Shown here piece by piece: positions 41,493 to 54,651 of a stretch of 64,000 nt of DNA. The DNA is from Eledone cirrhosa (Eukaryota), in NCBI GenBank assembly GCA_964016885.1, contig OZ024743.1, positions 232,686,001 through 232,750,000 on the forward strand, read 5' to 3'. A model generated the notes under the pieces. That model was given only the letters and a program-made list of their open reading frames with translations, did no database searches and was not told where the DNA came from. The translations under genes were made by a program, and so were the position numbers. Each line of letters begins with the position of its first letter. Within the stretch, counting starts at the first letter, position 1.

Positions 41493-42809
41493 AGAGAGAG
41501 AGTGAGAGAGAGAGAGAGAGATACATTGACGGACACACAAGCGGGAAAAAATCTAATACTGGACTGGTGCTTTCTTTATTGATTGCGAAACGAAAGGATG
41601 AGAGGCATGTATTACCTCACGAAATATTATAAAGCAAGAATTCGATTCAGTAATGAAATAGATGTATTGCAATCATAAACTGGTCCATAGCTTGCTTGTT
41701 TTGCATTTGTTAATTTTGTAAGACCATGGCACCTGGTCTTGCTTCAATCTTTTTGACAGTGCAGCGTTTTCAGTGGATGTAGATGCCAAAACCGGAGTGG
41801 CAGTCTTGGCAGCAACGATTGTATATGAAAATGCACCGACCTGTGTTTTGCAGCAGCAAGCTTCAGTTTCACCAATAGTGCTTTTAAACATTTGCTTAGT
41901 CCAAGCATCAGGTGTGCGCACTCACACGCAATACCTGCCCTCCTTTCAATGTTGTTATTCAGTAAATTCATACATCCCTTGTTTAGTAGTGAAAACGGTT
42001 GTAAGTTAGATAGTGCTAGAGAAAATATGTTGATAAATTAGACTACCTTCACCTTGCCATAGAAAATGATATGATTTTGTATAGCCTATATGCTGAGGGA
42101 AAGAAAATAATATTATTACTTGATATGTAATGTGTTGTGAATAAATGAATTAAGTAAAGGAGGAAGAAAGGGAGGAAGCTAGATTTGTATCTTGAACTAG
42201 TTGAAAAATATTATTTCATGATACTACCTCTGCTATCAGTCTTGGTATCAATAACATGAACAATAACTAGAAATACAAAACCCAATTGGAAAAAAAGCAA
42301 TGAGAGATAAATGAAAATATGGAGATTTTTGAGAGATTTTCATACTGATACTTAGGATATTAAAGTTGAACAAAACGTAAAGTTCATTTCGGAAAATATG
42401 TTTTAAAGAGAAAAGCTAATATCCTGCTAGAGGTGCCACTATATAAAAAAATAACAAATACAGACTATGTTAAGAACGAGAACGAAACCAAGGAGGAAGC
42501 CTTTGCTGATTGATTACTATGCAAATATCAGCAGACAATTCTGTATTTATATAGAGGTGTATGTGAGTGATTGTGTGTGTATGTGTGGTATGGTAAATAA
42601 ATATATACATATATATTAGGTCTGAACAGAATGGAATCTCACTGCCAGTGCCTCCTATTTCTCACTATTATAAGCAAATGGGGGCCCACGTGTTGGCCGC
42701 CCCGCGGTGGAGAGAATAGAGAAGGCATGTTGTGAGTGATTGTGTGTATGTACATATATATATATATGTGTGTGTGTATACGTATATGCACATCTGAATT
42801 CGAATGCGA

Positions 42810-43025
42810 TGGCGACTGAAAAATCTTAAAAATAGAATTAGCTTTCACTGTAAATTGACAACAGAATATAGTTCAATATTAGGGCATATGAACCCCCATA
42901 ACGGAATGCACGCTAATTCACATTTCTATCCGCTGTGTGTTCATATGCCCTGACATTATACTGTTTGGTAGAGAATTTACAGTAAAAGCTTCTAATTCTA
43001 ATTTCAAAATTTTAAATCGTCACCT
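42810..43025. repeat. Imperfect inverted repeat (~95-bp arms), MITE-like fold-back
   Basis: AGCTTTCACTGTAAATT...AGGGCATATGAAC pairs with GTTCATATGCCCT...AATTTACAGTAAAAGCT. Confidence 0.7.
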
Positions 43026-44337
43026 AATCACATGCTAATCACATTTGCTTTCATATTTACTGTTCTATATTCCAAACAATTTCATTGGCGTTATTTTTTA
43101 AAGAACATGTTATTTATTTTTATAAATTCCATCCAGAAATTTTTCTGGTTTTGAAAGAGAGGAAATGCTGATTAAGTCCTCATTTAAATTCATTTCCAGT
43201 TGGCCTAATATTATTAGCTATAAATTATTTTGCATAATAAACTATTGATTTCATCAAATATAAATAATTTAAGGAACTATATACAAGATTAAGACAGTTA
43301 CATGAGCATAGAACGTTAGAAGGTTGCGTTTTTTACTATTAGTGCATGTTATTTCTGTTGGAAAATTATATGTACTGCTGAAGCTAAATTTCATTATATT
43401 CCTAGGGAAAATTCAATGGTATCATTTTTCAGCAAGTATTTATCTAATAAGTAAAAGAAACTTTTAGAGCTACGTGTCCTTACATTGTGATTAAATGAAG
43501 TATTGAACCAAATGACTTCACGTTTTCAATTTTTCTGTGTTTGAACATTGATATTGTCTGCATAACTAATTTTATATTTAAACCCTCTTCTTTTTAACGC
43601 TTCGGTTTAATAAGGGACTACTCCATTAACGTAAGATGCTTAGGATGATATACTCGATACCCGTATACTAACGCTCTACACTAAATTATTAATTGCAACA
43701 AGGCTGTTTGTATGTAGTTTAAATTTTCCTTTTTGAAAGCACTTATTTACTTACAGATTCTATCTTAAAGATTAACTATACACAAATAGGTTTCAGATGT
43801 CATTTTTTTTTAGTTTAAGCTTTGAATAATTCTTTTAAATTAATGAATTTCACAAAAATTATATATACTTGTTTGTGTGTGTCTTTATATATGTGTGTGT
43901 GAGTGTATAAGAGTGTGTGTCTTTATATATGTGTGTGTGCGTAGGTGTGTGTGTGTGTGTGAGTGTGTGAGTGTGTGTGTGTGAGTGCATGTATGAATGT
44001 GTGTGAGGCGAAAATGATATTCATGTAATATCTATACAGACCAGAGCTAACTATTAACCATTGAGCGTAGCTAACAGAAAACAGCGAAAACTACTGAATA
44101 TATACAAACATTAAGGCAATAGAGGAAAGCAGTATATATTTTTTTAATCTGCCTCTTTACTATCTGGATTGTACCGCAGATATTCATCAATACTTACAAT
44201 TCGTGGTAAAAATCTAACACAATTAAAATCACTTTTGAACATGTAAAATATGTTATTTGATAAGAAAGATATTAAAAATATTTAAAAAACAATAACATTC
44301 AGAGAAATTAAAGGCATATTTTTGCCATATTATTATG

Positions 44338-44790
44338 CCGAGGTTCTGAGTTCAAATCCCGCCGAGGTTAACTTTGCTTTTCATCCTTACGAGTTCTATA
44401 AAATAAAGCACCAGTAATGCACTGGGATAATTGCTGGCCTTCTGCCAAAAGTAGAAACAATTATTTTGCTGAGGTTAGCTTTGCCTTTCATCCTTACGGG
44501 GTCGATAAAATAAAGTACCAGTAATGCACTGGAGTAATTGATGGCCTCGTGCCAAAAGTAGAAACAATAATTTTACTTCAGCTGTATCGGTAGAGCGTCG
44601 GACAACATGCTTTGAGGCATATTGTTATGGCCCTTTACGTTCGAAGTGCATATCCCGCCGAGGTTAGCTTTACCTTTCATCCTTACAGGATTGGTAAAAT
44701 GAAGCTCCAGTAATGCACTGGGGTCGAGTTAATCGACTAGACCCCCCTCCCCAAAAATTGTTGGCTTTGTGCCTAAATTAGAAACAATTA
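44338..44790 (+). mobile_element. Three tandem SINE copies or fragments
   Basis: GAGTTCAAATCCCGCCGAGGTTAACTTTGC..TTTCATCCTTAC..ATAAAATAAAG..CCAGTAATGCACTGG..AGAAACAAT occurs three times. Confidence 0.88.
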
Positions 44791-44894
44791 TATTTTAATA
44801 TTAGAATATTTCAACGAAATCTTGATTCAATCAATTGAAAATATAATCGAACGTTATTCATTTATACTTTTACTGGTTTCAATCATTAAACTAC

Positions 44895-45350
44895 GGCATT
44901 TGAAGGCTAAGATACTAGATACTTACATCCTACTAGTTGTGTTATATTGTCTTGACTGTGTCAATTGGACGACAAGGTCACTTCAGAAGCTCTCTACATT
45001 CCAGAGCCACATCATGAGACTTGTGACTGGCAAGCGGTTTAGGGACCGTATCTGTATCAGTGAGCTGCTCAACATTACCAGACTTAGACCAAGTATATCA
45101 ATTGTCAAGTGAAGAATTCTCAAACTATACGGTCATATAAAAAGATCAATTCGTGGTGTCAGTAAGTTATGCCTGGAAGGAAGGTTGGCTGGTAAGAGAG
45201 GCAGAGGCCGGCAGCCAAAACTATGGCTTGACAATGTCAACCTATGGACTGGACTTTGTCTTTGCTCTTTAAACTCTGCTGGTGGTGATCGAACTTTGTG
45301 GAGAAAAATATCTCATGTTGATGCGCAGTCTGCAACTTGCGGAGTTTAGC
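44895..45350 (+). mobile_element. RTE-type LINE 3' fragment
   Basis: YILLVVLYCLDCVNWT..QKLSTFQ..MR..RILKLYGHIKR..LEGRLAGKRGRGRQPKLWLDNV..DRTLWR; one in-frame stop. Confidence 0.85.
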
Positions 45351-45793
45351 GTCAAAGTAATGTTGAAACACTGTCTTTATTATTGTCGATCATATCGACA
45401 CCAGTGTTTATTTTTTCCTGTCTGGTACTTATTTTATCGACCTGATTTTTGTCGATCCTTTATGTTATAGGACAGAAACACAGACGCGAGCATAAACTCA
45501 ATACATACACGGACATATACGTGTTGAGTGTTATTTCTTGTAGATCATATTGGTCGTGCAAGTGTGTGTATATATATATGCGTGAGTCGGTCTTTGCAGT
45601 CCGTAATGTCGACTTCTGTATTAATTCATATGATAAACTTACAATCTTTAATTGCATGAAATGGTGTGCATCAAATTTAGTTCCAATTATTTTATTCAAA
45701 AGTGCATTGCGTTTAAGAATACATAAAAAAAACATGTTTCATGTACATTTGATTATTTCAGCTAGAAGGAAGTCATATGCAAACATACATGTC

Positions 45794-45827
<34 letters not shown>

Positions 45828-46633
45828 AGAAATTTCCATTGTTTCTTGAGCAATGGCCAAGTCGTCGGTGTTTGCTCGCCAGGTAGGAAACTATATTGCG
45901 TATAAAATTAATGAGAAAAATTTGCTCGCTAGCTGTGATGGAGATATTTGAGAAGGCAAAAATCCATAAAAACAGCAAATATTTATTCATCGCTCTTTAA
46001 TATCTATATATATTATGAACAAAATGGAAGAAGGGTGTTTCAGATCAATGGTGGTTTACAAAGTGAATAAAAGTGTGTGTTATCGTCTGGTTGTTTGTAT
46101 ATTTGGATATGAGCGCCATTTTGTATGTACATACAAGTATAAGTGTATGCATGTCCACGTTCTTTTTGTTTTCTATGTATATATGTATCATGTTCATGTG
46201 TATATATATTCGTGTAGAAAAGTTAAGTTGAACAATGATGTGCAGCATAAACTAGGTACATTCATATATGCAGGTGTATAATTTCTCTTTGTGTGTTTAT
46301 ATATATATATAAATTGAGAGAAGTTCTATGCAGAGTACAATCCTCGGTTCACCAGGTCTTTTAAACAGACGAATAAGTCATCGACAGTTAAAGTACAGTT
46401 CAGTAGCAGAGCTTTCATATTCAATGACAAAATACCAAGGTTAACAACTCACATTCATTCCTTTATGTTTACGTCCGTTTCAATACGGTTACAATGGTAT
46501 ATGCATTAGCAGAATAACTTGAAATGAATAGTTATCAATTATCTACACCATACATAATACCTATAACCCGCATATCCACGTTTCTTCTTTTTTTAGTGAC
46601 TGCATTAAAAACATTTTCTTTTCATTGTACATA

Positions 46634-47518
46634 CGAGGTGTGTCAGAAAAGTTCCAGGAGTGATGTCACAAAAGATTTATTTCAAACCCAAATTTCACAT
46701 TAAGAGTGTTCTCCTTCAAAGTAATCCCTCTGGAGTATAATGCACTTTTCCATCCTTTTCTGCCACGCTTGCATGCACTCCTGGAAGATTTCTTCGGGAT
46801 CCTCCGCAGTTCCGTCGTCACGGCCTTTTTGATGTCGTCCACGTCTTCAAAACGGGTCCTCTCCGGGTCGTACTCGAAGATCCATGACTCATCACCGGTG
46901 ATGACTGTCCCTAGCTACTCTGGTTCGGTTTCATGACGCTTGAGGATGTCCTGGCACACTTGCATACGTCGACCCTTCTGGTCATCGTTCAGCAGTTTTG
47001 GCACCATCTTCGCGCAGATTTTCCGCATGTCCAAATCTTCTGTGAGAATCTTCCAGACGCTGTCCCGATTCATGCCCAGCTCATTTGCCATCAGTCGAAC
47101 AGTCAGCCGACGATCGCTACGCACCATCTGCCTGACGCGCTCAACGTTGACCTCAGTCCTGGTTGTTGAGAGCCTTCCGCTCCTGGGATCATCTTGCACC
47201 ACTCAAACACACGTGAGCGTGACATCATCTCATCTCCATACACTTGCTGCAGCAATCCCAGTGCTTCTGACGGAGTTTTCCCCAACCGTACCAGAAATTT
47301 CAAGTTTGTTCGTTGCTCTGTGCTCATTGCTTGACAACCTGAAACAGAGGACATGTATATAAAATTATGAAGATAAAAGTTTCATCGCTGCAGTGAGCTA
47401 AGATTACAGTTACATACTCCAGGGGGATTACTTTGAAGGCGAAAACTTTTAGTGTGAAGTTTGGGTTTGAAATAAATCTTTTGTGACATCAGTGCTGGAA
47501 CTTCTCTGACGCACCTCG
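46634..47518 (-). mobile_element. Internally deleted mariner transposon, ~105-bp TIRs, TA target duplication
   Basis: TA|CGAGGTGTGTCAGAAAAGTTCC...GGAACTTCTCTGACGCACCTCG|TA; EQRTNLKFLVRLGK, DDPRSGR, AKMVPKLL, ITGDESWIFEYDPE; most of the DD34D domain is missing. Confidence 0.93.
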
Positions 47519-47533
47519 TACATATGTATGCGC

Positions 47534-47618
<85 letters not shown>

Positions 47619-47874
47619 TTTGTGCGTACGGGTTTGTGTCTGTAACGTAATAATCAACAAGTGATGAGAGAGGTCTATATCAGTAGAAGAGCTCCTGTCA
47701 TTTCTCGAATCAGCTACAAGTAAGCATAAATGTCCTAGCGAATACAGAACAGATTCAGTAATATATCATGTCAAAGAAAATGATCAGTTCAAGTACGAAA
47801 CCATACGGTAGCTGGTACAAGTATGCATAATATGGTTATTATGTCTATGTATATATATATATAGAGAGAGAGAG

Positions 47875-48108
47875 AGAGAAAATTGAGGTTGGTAATGGCA
47901 CATGGAATATATAAGAGACAGAATACTTTTTTGTGAAAAAACATAATTTTATAAGGTAAGGAAATAATAAAGGGTATATTATTTCCTTACCTTATAAAAT
48001 TATGTTTTTTCACAAAAAAGTATTCTGTCTCTTATATATTCCATGTGCCATTACCAACCTCAATTTTCTCTATAACCTTCGTTTTGTGTAGAAAATTACA
48101 CTTTTCAT
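47875..48108. repeat. Near-perfect ~95-bp-arm palindrome plus 3' tail between microsatellites
   Basis: 47875-47968 is the reverse complement of 47977-48070. Confidence 0.9.
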
Positions 48109-48126
48109 ATATATATATATATATAT

Positions 48127-48632
48127 AAGTAGTAACACAACAGTTAGTTCACCATACCGAGTACAATTATTTCACCTTAGCGGATCTTCAGCTCGTACTG
48201 GTCATGGTTATACGGAACATTATTACTACTTCTACCAAACTCATCCCATGGACTGAGTGCTCTACCACTACGGATATTACCTTCCAGTGTTCTACCTCTA
48301 TATACGTCTCCAGCACCCACCGGTCAGCAGATTCTTTTCATCTCGTGGAAGTTTGGCTTTTAGCAGATTCTTCACCACGTCGGAGTTTGGTGTCCTACAC
48401 AATTTTGTGTCTCATAAACGTCAGAATGGATTTATACGAACTGGATTACTACCTGAAGAATATTCCCACCCCCTGGTCCGTATAATCATGATCAGTACGA
48501 GGTGAAGATCCGCTAAGGTGAAGCAGTTGTTCTCGGTATTGTGAACTAACTGTTGTATTACTACTTCTACCAAACTCGTCCCATGGACTGAGTGCTCTAC
48601 CACTACGGATATTACCTTCCAGTGTTCTACCT
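48127..48632. mobile_element. Non-autonomous derivative of PLE family A: inverted HHR arm plus ~335-nt direct unit
   Basis: Minus-strand HHR 48157-48196; + strand 5' UTR and MDLYELDYYLKNIPTP fused at ~48477 to pLTR sequence; 48221-48298 repeats at 48556-48633. Confidence 0.85.
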
Positions 48633-48645
48633 CTCTCTCTCTTTC

Positions 48646-48728
<83 letters not shown>

Positions 48729-49264
48729 TCCTGCTACTACTGTTGCTGCTGTTGCTGTTATGTTATTGTTATGTTATTAGTTAAGAGGAAACAGGTTTCT
48801 TATTTGCTTGCTTCTAATAGCTGAATGCGGTATTTACTTTAACGAGAAAATTAAACATAAGAATTCGATGATCTGGTGAGATGTTAACACCAACCACAAT
48901 TGCCATAAAAATATTCGTCCTTCTCATCTCCACCACTCTACGTTTATTTTAGCATCTCATCATATTATTTCCTTTCCTTACTTGTTCTGTAGCTCCTGCA
49001 GACTGCCCACAACCTTTACTGCTCGAGCGGCTATTTTTAATGGTATATCATGGCTTAAATCTAACTGTTTTTTAAGCGCAGTAGTTCGGATTCAAAGGTA
49101 ATAACATACTACATACCTCACAGGCTTAGCTTTTACTCTTAATACCACTTTCATTCTATCTAACTTTCTAGTTAGTTATTCATAACTTAGTTAATTAGTT
49201 GTCTGATTAATTATTCTTTCAAGTTGTAAGGACCAGGAAAGAAAATAATGACACCTACAATATC

Positions 49265-49316
<52 letters not shown>

Positions 49317-49841
49317 ATTGTCGATTAGAGATTGGTTAAATAATCCCATTTGATCGTGTAATCAATTCCAAAGCAGAAACAATAAAATAAATGCGATCAA
49401 AGACAGAAAATATAAGATAAAGGCAACAAGACTGGGACAGAGAAAACGATCATTAAGTAGAAAACAGGATGAAATGAAGGTGGCAGAAAAAGAGGTAAGG
49501 ATTTTACAAGATTAACATACTCATATATATTGCCTCTCATTTGCATAAAACTATCTTTTAGAATTCTTTCGCTCCTGTACAACTAAGTCTTCATGAAAGC
49601 ATTTCTTTCTATTACTTGTCCTTATCATATCTGCGTTCAGGTTACGTATGTATGTGTAAACAAATAAATGAGTACGTATATACACATACACACATATATA
49701 TATATGTGTGTGTGTGCGTGTGTGTATACACACACACACATATATATATAGTTATGTAATAAACAACATAAGATAATTATTTCATTTACCAGTGGTTTAT
49801 TGAAGACAGATGTTGTGTCTGTCTTCAGTCGTCATATATAT

Positions 49842-50020
49842 GAAAAGAGTCAGGACCCCGACGGCTGAGCTCCGGCCGTTTCGACGGATCTAGCTGTCGA
49901 AACGGCCGGAGCTCAGCCGTGGGGGTCCTGACTTTTTTTCCTATTACCCACTCTACTACCCTAAGTATCGAGTACTCTGGTGCATTGTGATCCGCCTGGT
50001 TTCATACCACACTTCCTTTG

Positions 50021-50022
<2 letters not shown>
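49842..50022. mobile_element. Fold-back of family B end (3' half of HHR in both arms) plus tail
   Basis: GTCAGGACCCCGACGGCTGAGCTCCGGCCGTTTCGAC pairs with GTCGAAACGGCCGGAGCTCAGCCGTGGGGGTCCTGAC. Confidence 0.85.
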
Positions 50023-50072
<50 letters not shown>

Positions 50073-50333
50073 GGAAAAAATGAAACGAAATTTCATTTCC
50101 CACTCTTAGTATGGCTGTTACTTAAATATAAGCATGTACACGTGCATGCATATATGTATACAGACGTACAGTAGTATGTATATATATATACATACATGCA
50201 CACATATATATATGTACGTATTGATTCACCGAACATTTATTATAATGCTCGATGTGTTTGTAAACAAACATCCCGTATTAAGCCGTAGTGTCTAGCAACC
50301 ATCGTTGCTCGTTTGTTCAACACTGATAAAGGA

Positions 50334-50376
50334 ACGCTGTACTAGTTTCAAGCTTATTAGCTATCGTCAGAAACGT
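50334..50376 (-). ncRNA. Minimal type-I hammerhead ribozyme
   Basis: acguuu CUGACGA u agcu-aaua-agcu u GAAA C-ua-G UA cagcgu; palindromic ACUAGU. Confidence 0.8.
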
Positions 50377-50827
50377 ATACCTTCCTGCCAGATTGTTGAA
50401 CGTATATACTTACCTTATGCATATTAACGGCTGAGTAGCCCAATTTGCATATCGAGTGGGTTAATCGGCCGGGTGCACCGAAAACGATAAACGGAAAAAA
50501 TGAAACGACATTTCATTTCCCACTCTTAGTACGGCTGTTACTTAAATATAAGTATGTACACGTGCATACATATATGTATACAGACGTACAGTAGTATGTA
50601 TATATATATACATACATGCACACATATATATATGTACGTATGGATTCACCGAACATTTATTGTAATGCTCGGTGTGTTTGTAAACAAACATCTCGTATTA
50701 AGCCATTTATCGTTTATCGTTTTCGGTGCACCCGGCCGATTAACCCACTCGATATGCAAATTGGGCTACTCAGCCTTTAATATGCACAAGGTAAGTATAT
50801 ACGTTCAACAATCTGGCAGGAAGGTAT

Positions 50828-50870
50828 ACGTTGCTGACGATAGCTAATAAGCTTGAAACTTGTACAGCGT
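50828..50870 (+). ncRNA. Minimal type-I hammerhead ribozyme
   Basis: acguug CUGACGA u agcu-aaua-agcu u GAAA C-uu-G UA cagcgu; 6-bp stem I. Confidence 0.83.
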
Positions 50871-51063
50871 TCCTTTGTCAGTGTTGAACAAACGAGCAAC
50901 GATGGTTGCTAGACACTACGGCTTAATACGGGATGTTTGTTTACAAACACACCGAGCATTATAATAAATGAATACTAACCCATACAATCACTAATACTCT
51001 TTTATTCCTAATTAAACCATTTTTCAACTGTGAACAATTTGTCAGCATTTTCTATTCCGTTTA

Positions 51064-51179
<116 letters not shown>

Positions 51180-51632
51180 AAAAGGGAGTAAGGTTCTATA
51201 AAAAAAATACAGTGGTTATAGAGAAAAGGTGACATTGGAAATAGCGCGGAAAATATATTTAAGGATCTCTTTTTTTTTTTTTGCTTTTTTTTATCCTTCT
51301 TTGATTCGTCAAATTGTCATTATTGAAAAAATGAGAGGAACAATTCTTTTTAAAGAAGAGTTTTAATGTTTATAAAATATATAAAATATAACCGGATTCG
51401 ATGTATCAGTGAAATCCGTCTTATCAAATCTTGAGTATTACAATTGAAAAGAATTAGAAAGAATTAAATGAATTAAAAATTAAAGATTTAAAATTAAGTG
51501 TTGAGCCAAGTTTCTTCATCTTTCATGTTGAGAAGAAGACTGGATCTAAAATAGAATCTTGTATATAGAAAGAGGTAGTCATGGCAGTAGTGGCAGTAAC
51601 AGTGGTGGTTGTTGTGTTTCGTCACACAAAAC

Positions 51633-51683
<51 letters not shown>

Positions 51684-51705
51684 CATATATATAATTAAAA
51701 TTAAA

Positions 51706-52230
<525 letters not shown>

Positions 52231-53056
52231 ATTACATTGTGGAACCAGTCAGCTGTGATAAGTTGTGTGCAAGACGGTTAGTGGTTAAAGTGCTGTATAA
52301 CGACCCGAACCTTCAACCTGAAAAACAAAATTGGCATGTTAACTTATTATAAACATATCAGATCGGTTTGGGGATCTTATTGGGCCCCTATCTGAAGACG
52401 TTCATATCATCCAATCAACGATTAAGAAAACATGTATTTAATATGTATTTAATAGGTATATATATCCATTCGCTCTTAGTATTAATCTGAAATAGACAAA
52501 GTACTTTGCATATAATTAGCACAGGAGTAAGTGACTGGATAAAAGCAACCGATCATCACAACATTATGATAACCATCAGTTATCATTACGAGATCTTTTT
52601 TTCTCCGGATCGCGTACACTTTTATTTTTGTACATTATAATGTCTCTGAAGATACTCGAAGGATATCAAATTAGATGTTAAGGTAACTTAATCGATTTTA
52701 TATTCAGATTATAATATAAGGATTTATTCACATTCCTATATACTAAGATGCACCTTAGGCGAAATATTTGCCATTTCTTTATTTCGTATTCATCATTGTT
52801 GAAAAACCTCTAAAGATATGTAGCAACAAATTGATGTATGGTGCTTAGAAGTTAAGCAAATGAATTGCTGAAGTCTAAACAAAGGGGCAGAAATCCAATG
52901 GAAATAATGCATGGAACTCTCCCTCGTATAAACGGATGTCCAGAAATAAAAACACATTGAAATTTAGTTGTATTAAAACATTTGCAAGGAGTACTGAATA
53001 AATGCAGTTTTGTAAATTCCATCATCTTCTCTCTCTCTCTCTCGCTCTCTCACTCA

Positions 53057-53147
<91 letters not shown>

Positions 53148-53149
53148 GT

Positions 53150-53190
<41 letters not shown>

Positions 53191-53277
53191 ATGTATATGT
53201 ATATATATATATATATAAAAGAATAAAATATATATATATTGGAAAATATGTGAAATCCTTCATACAGTTAGATATAT

Positions 53278-53432
53278 TTGAAAAAAGGAAAAGAATGACT
53301 TCACTTGTAGTTCTAAACAATTTGATTTTATAATATCAAAAATTTACAATTTTGTTTTGTAGATCTACAAAACAAAATTGTAAAATTATAATATTATAAA
53401 ATCAAATTGTTTAGAACTACAAGTTTTCAATA
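53278..53432. repeat. AT-rich palindrome centred on AGATCT (~53361-53366)
   Basis: ACTTGTAGTTCTAAACAATTTGATTTTATAATAT pairs with ATATTATAAAATCAAATTGTTTAGAACTACAAGT. Confidence 0.85.
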
Positions 53433-53844
53433 TATATAGAGAGATATCAGGCAGTTGCCCAATATAGGTTTGTTCTTCTTTTTCTTGATTTATTACTTTA
53501 AATTAAGTCTGGCAAACCATATTGTTATAGTTAGTATTTTTTCACCCTAGTGAACATGGTCCTTTACAATTCGAACACATGTATGTTTATATTTGTGTTT
53601 ATCTCTCTTCTATATTCAATTATATATATAGATAGATAGATTTTGTGACCCTGGGTGGACCAGCAGTACCGGATAGGTGTCGAAACTGCCAAGGCCCATC
53701 TCAACGACTGCGAATCCTGGAGTTCTGTGTCTTTTGGTCTTTCGTTTGTATCTTTATTTTCAGAAAATAAATTTTTTCCCACCAAGAACTTTTTTTTTCC
53801 ATGTTTTCGTTCGTTGTTTTGTCTTCTCTTTGTTAATGTTCTTA

Positions 53845-53887
<43 letters not shown>

Positions 53888-53891
<4 letters not shown>

Positions 53892-54085
53892 AATAACAGA
53901 TTAAAGTTTAAGCAAAGAATCCCTGCTTTCTTTCAGAGGATCCCGTTAAGGGTGAAAGCAGCGATTCTTTGCTTAAACTTTAATCTGTTATTTTAATAAA
54001 TATTTGCTCTACGGTTCTTATATATTTGATATATATTTATCCTTATCGAGCTCTCTTTGATTTTAGTCTTCAAATTTATTATTAT

Positions 54086-54090
<5 letters not shown>
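53888..54090. repeat. Fold-back (~42-bp arms) plus tail in (TA)n, with an HHR-like remnant in the loop
   Basis: AAATAACAGATTAAAGTTTAAGCAAAGAATC.CTGCTTTC pairs with GAAAGCAG.GATTCTTTGCTTAAACTTTAATCTGTTATTT; loop CAGAGGA-TCCC-GTTAA-GGGT-GAAA. Confidence 0.8.
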
Positions 54091-54137
<47 letters not shown>

Positions 54138-54303
54138 CAAGTAAGTTTGTTTTTGTTTTTTTTAAATACCGAGCGAAGTTTGAAATTTAATAGAAATAGA
54201 AGCTTACGCCGTATTTTAGACTAAAGAAATTTCAGCCTCATGGTGGGGTTTAAAACACTCTAAAAAATTGAAAAGGATGAGTATTGATGTACATGTCTTC
54301 CGT

Positions 54304-54356
<53 letters not shown>

Positions 54357-54581
54357 ATTTTAGAAAATACCCTATATTTTCACTAGCTCTGACAGTTGGC
54401 AGGTGAAAAGTAAACTGCACTAATGAAGGGTAATCACCCAGAAACATTAGTGCCTGCAGTTCTATTTACATGCCAACACAATAACAAGAAGGGGGAACTC
54501 ATTCAACTGACATGGCTTTAAAGAGGGTGTTTGCATAATTGCATACGAATCGATTATTATTATTATATATATATAAAAATA

Positions 54582-54649
<68 letters not shown>

Positions 54650-54651
<2 letters not shown>

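Larger units (their letters stand above)
50071..50970 (-). mobile_element. Retrozyme-like element D: 420-nt non-coding unit x1.5 plus 260-bp inverted arm
   Basis: 50071-50284 repeats at 50491-50704; 50234-50493 is inverted at 50711-50970; HHR in both orientations. Confidence 0.8.

Noticed and set aside
51228-51330. HHR-like remnant on minus (ugacaau UUGACGA...aaggau/auccuu...uguca)
   Set aside because: No GAAA or stem III; too degraded to call.
52640-52780. CTGAAGA ... GAAA pair
   Set aside because: No convincing stems I-III or NUH site.
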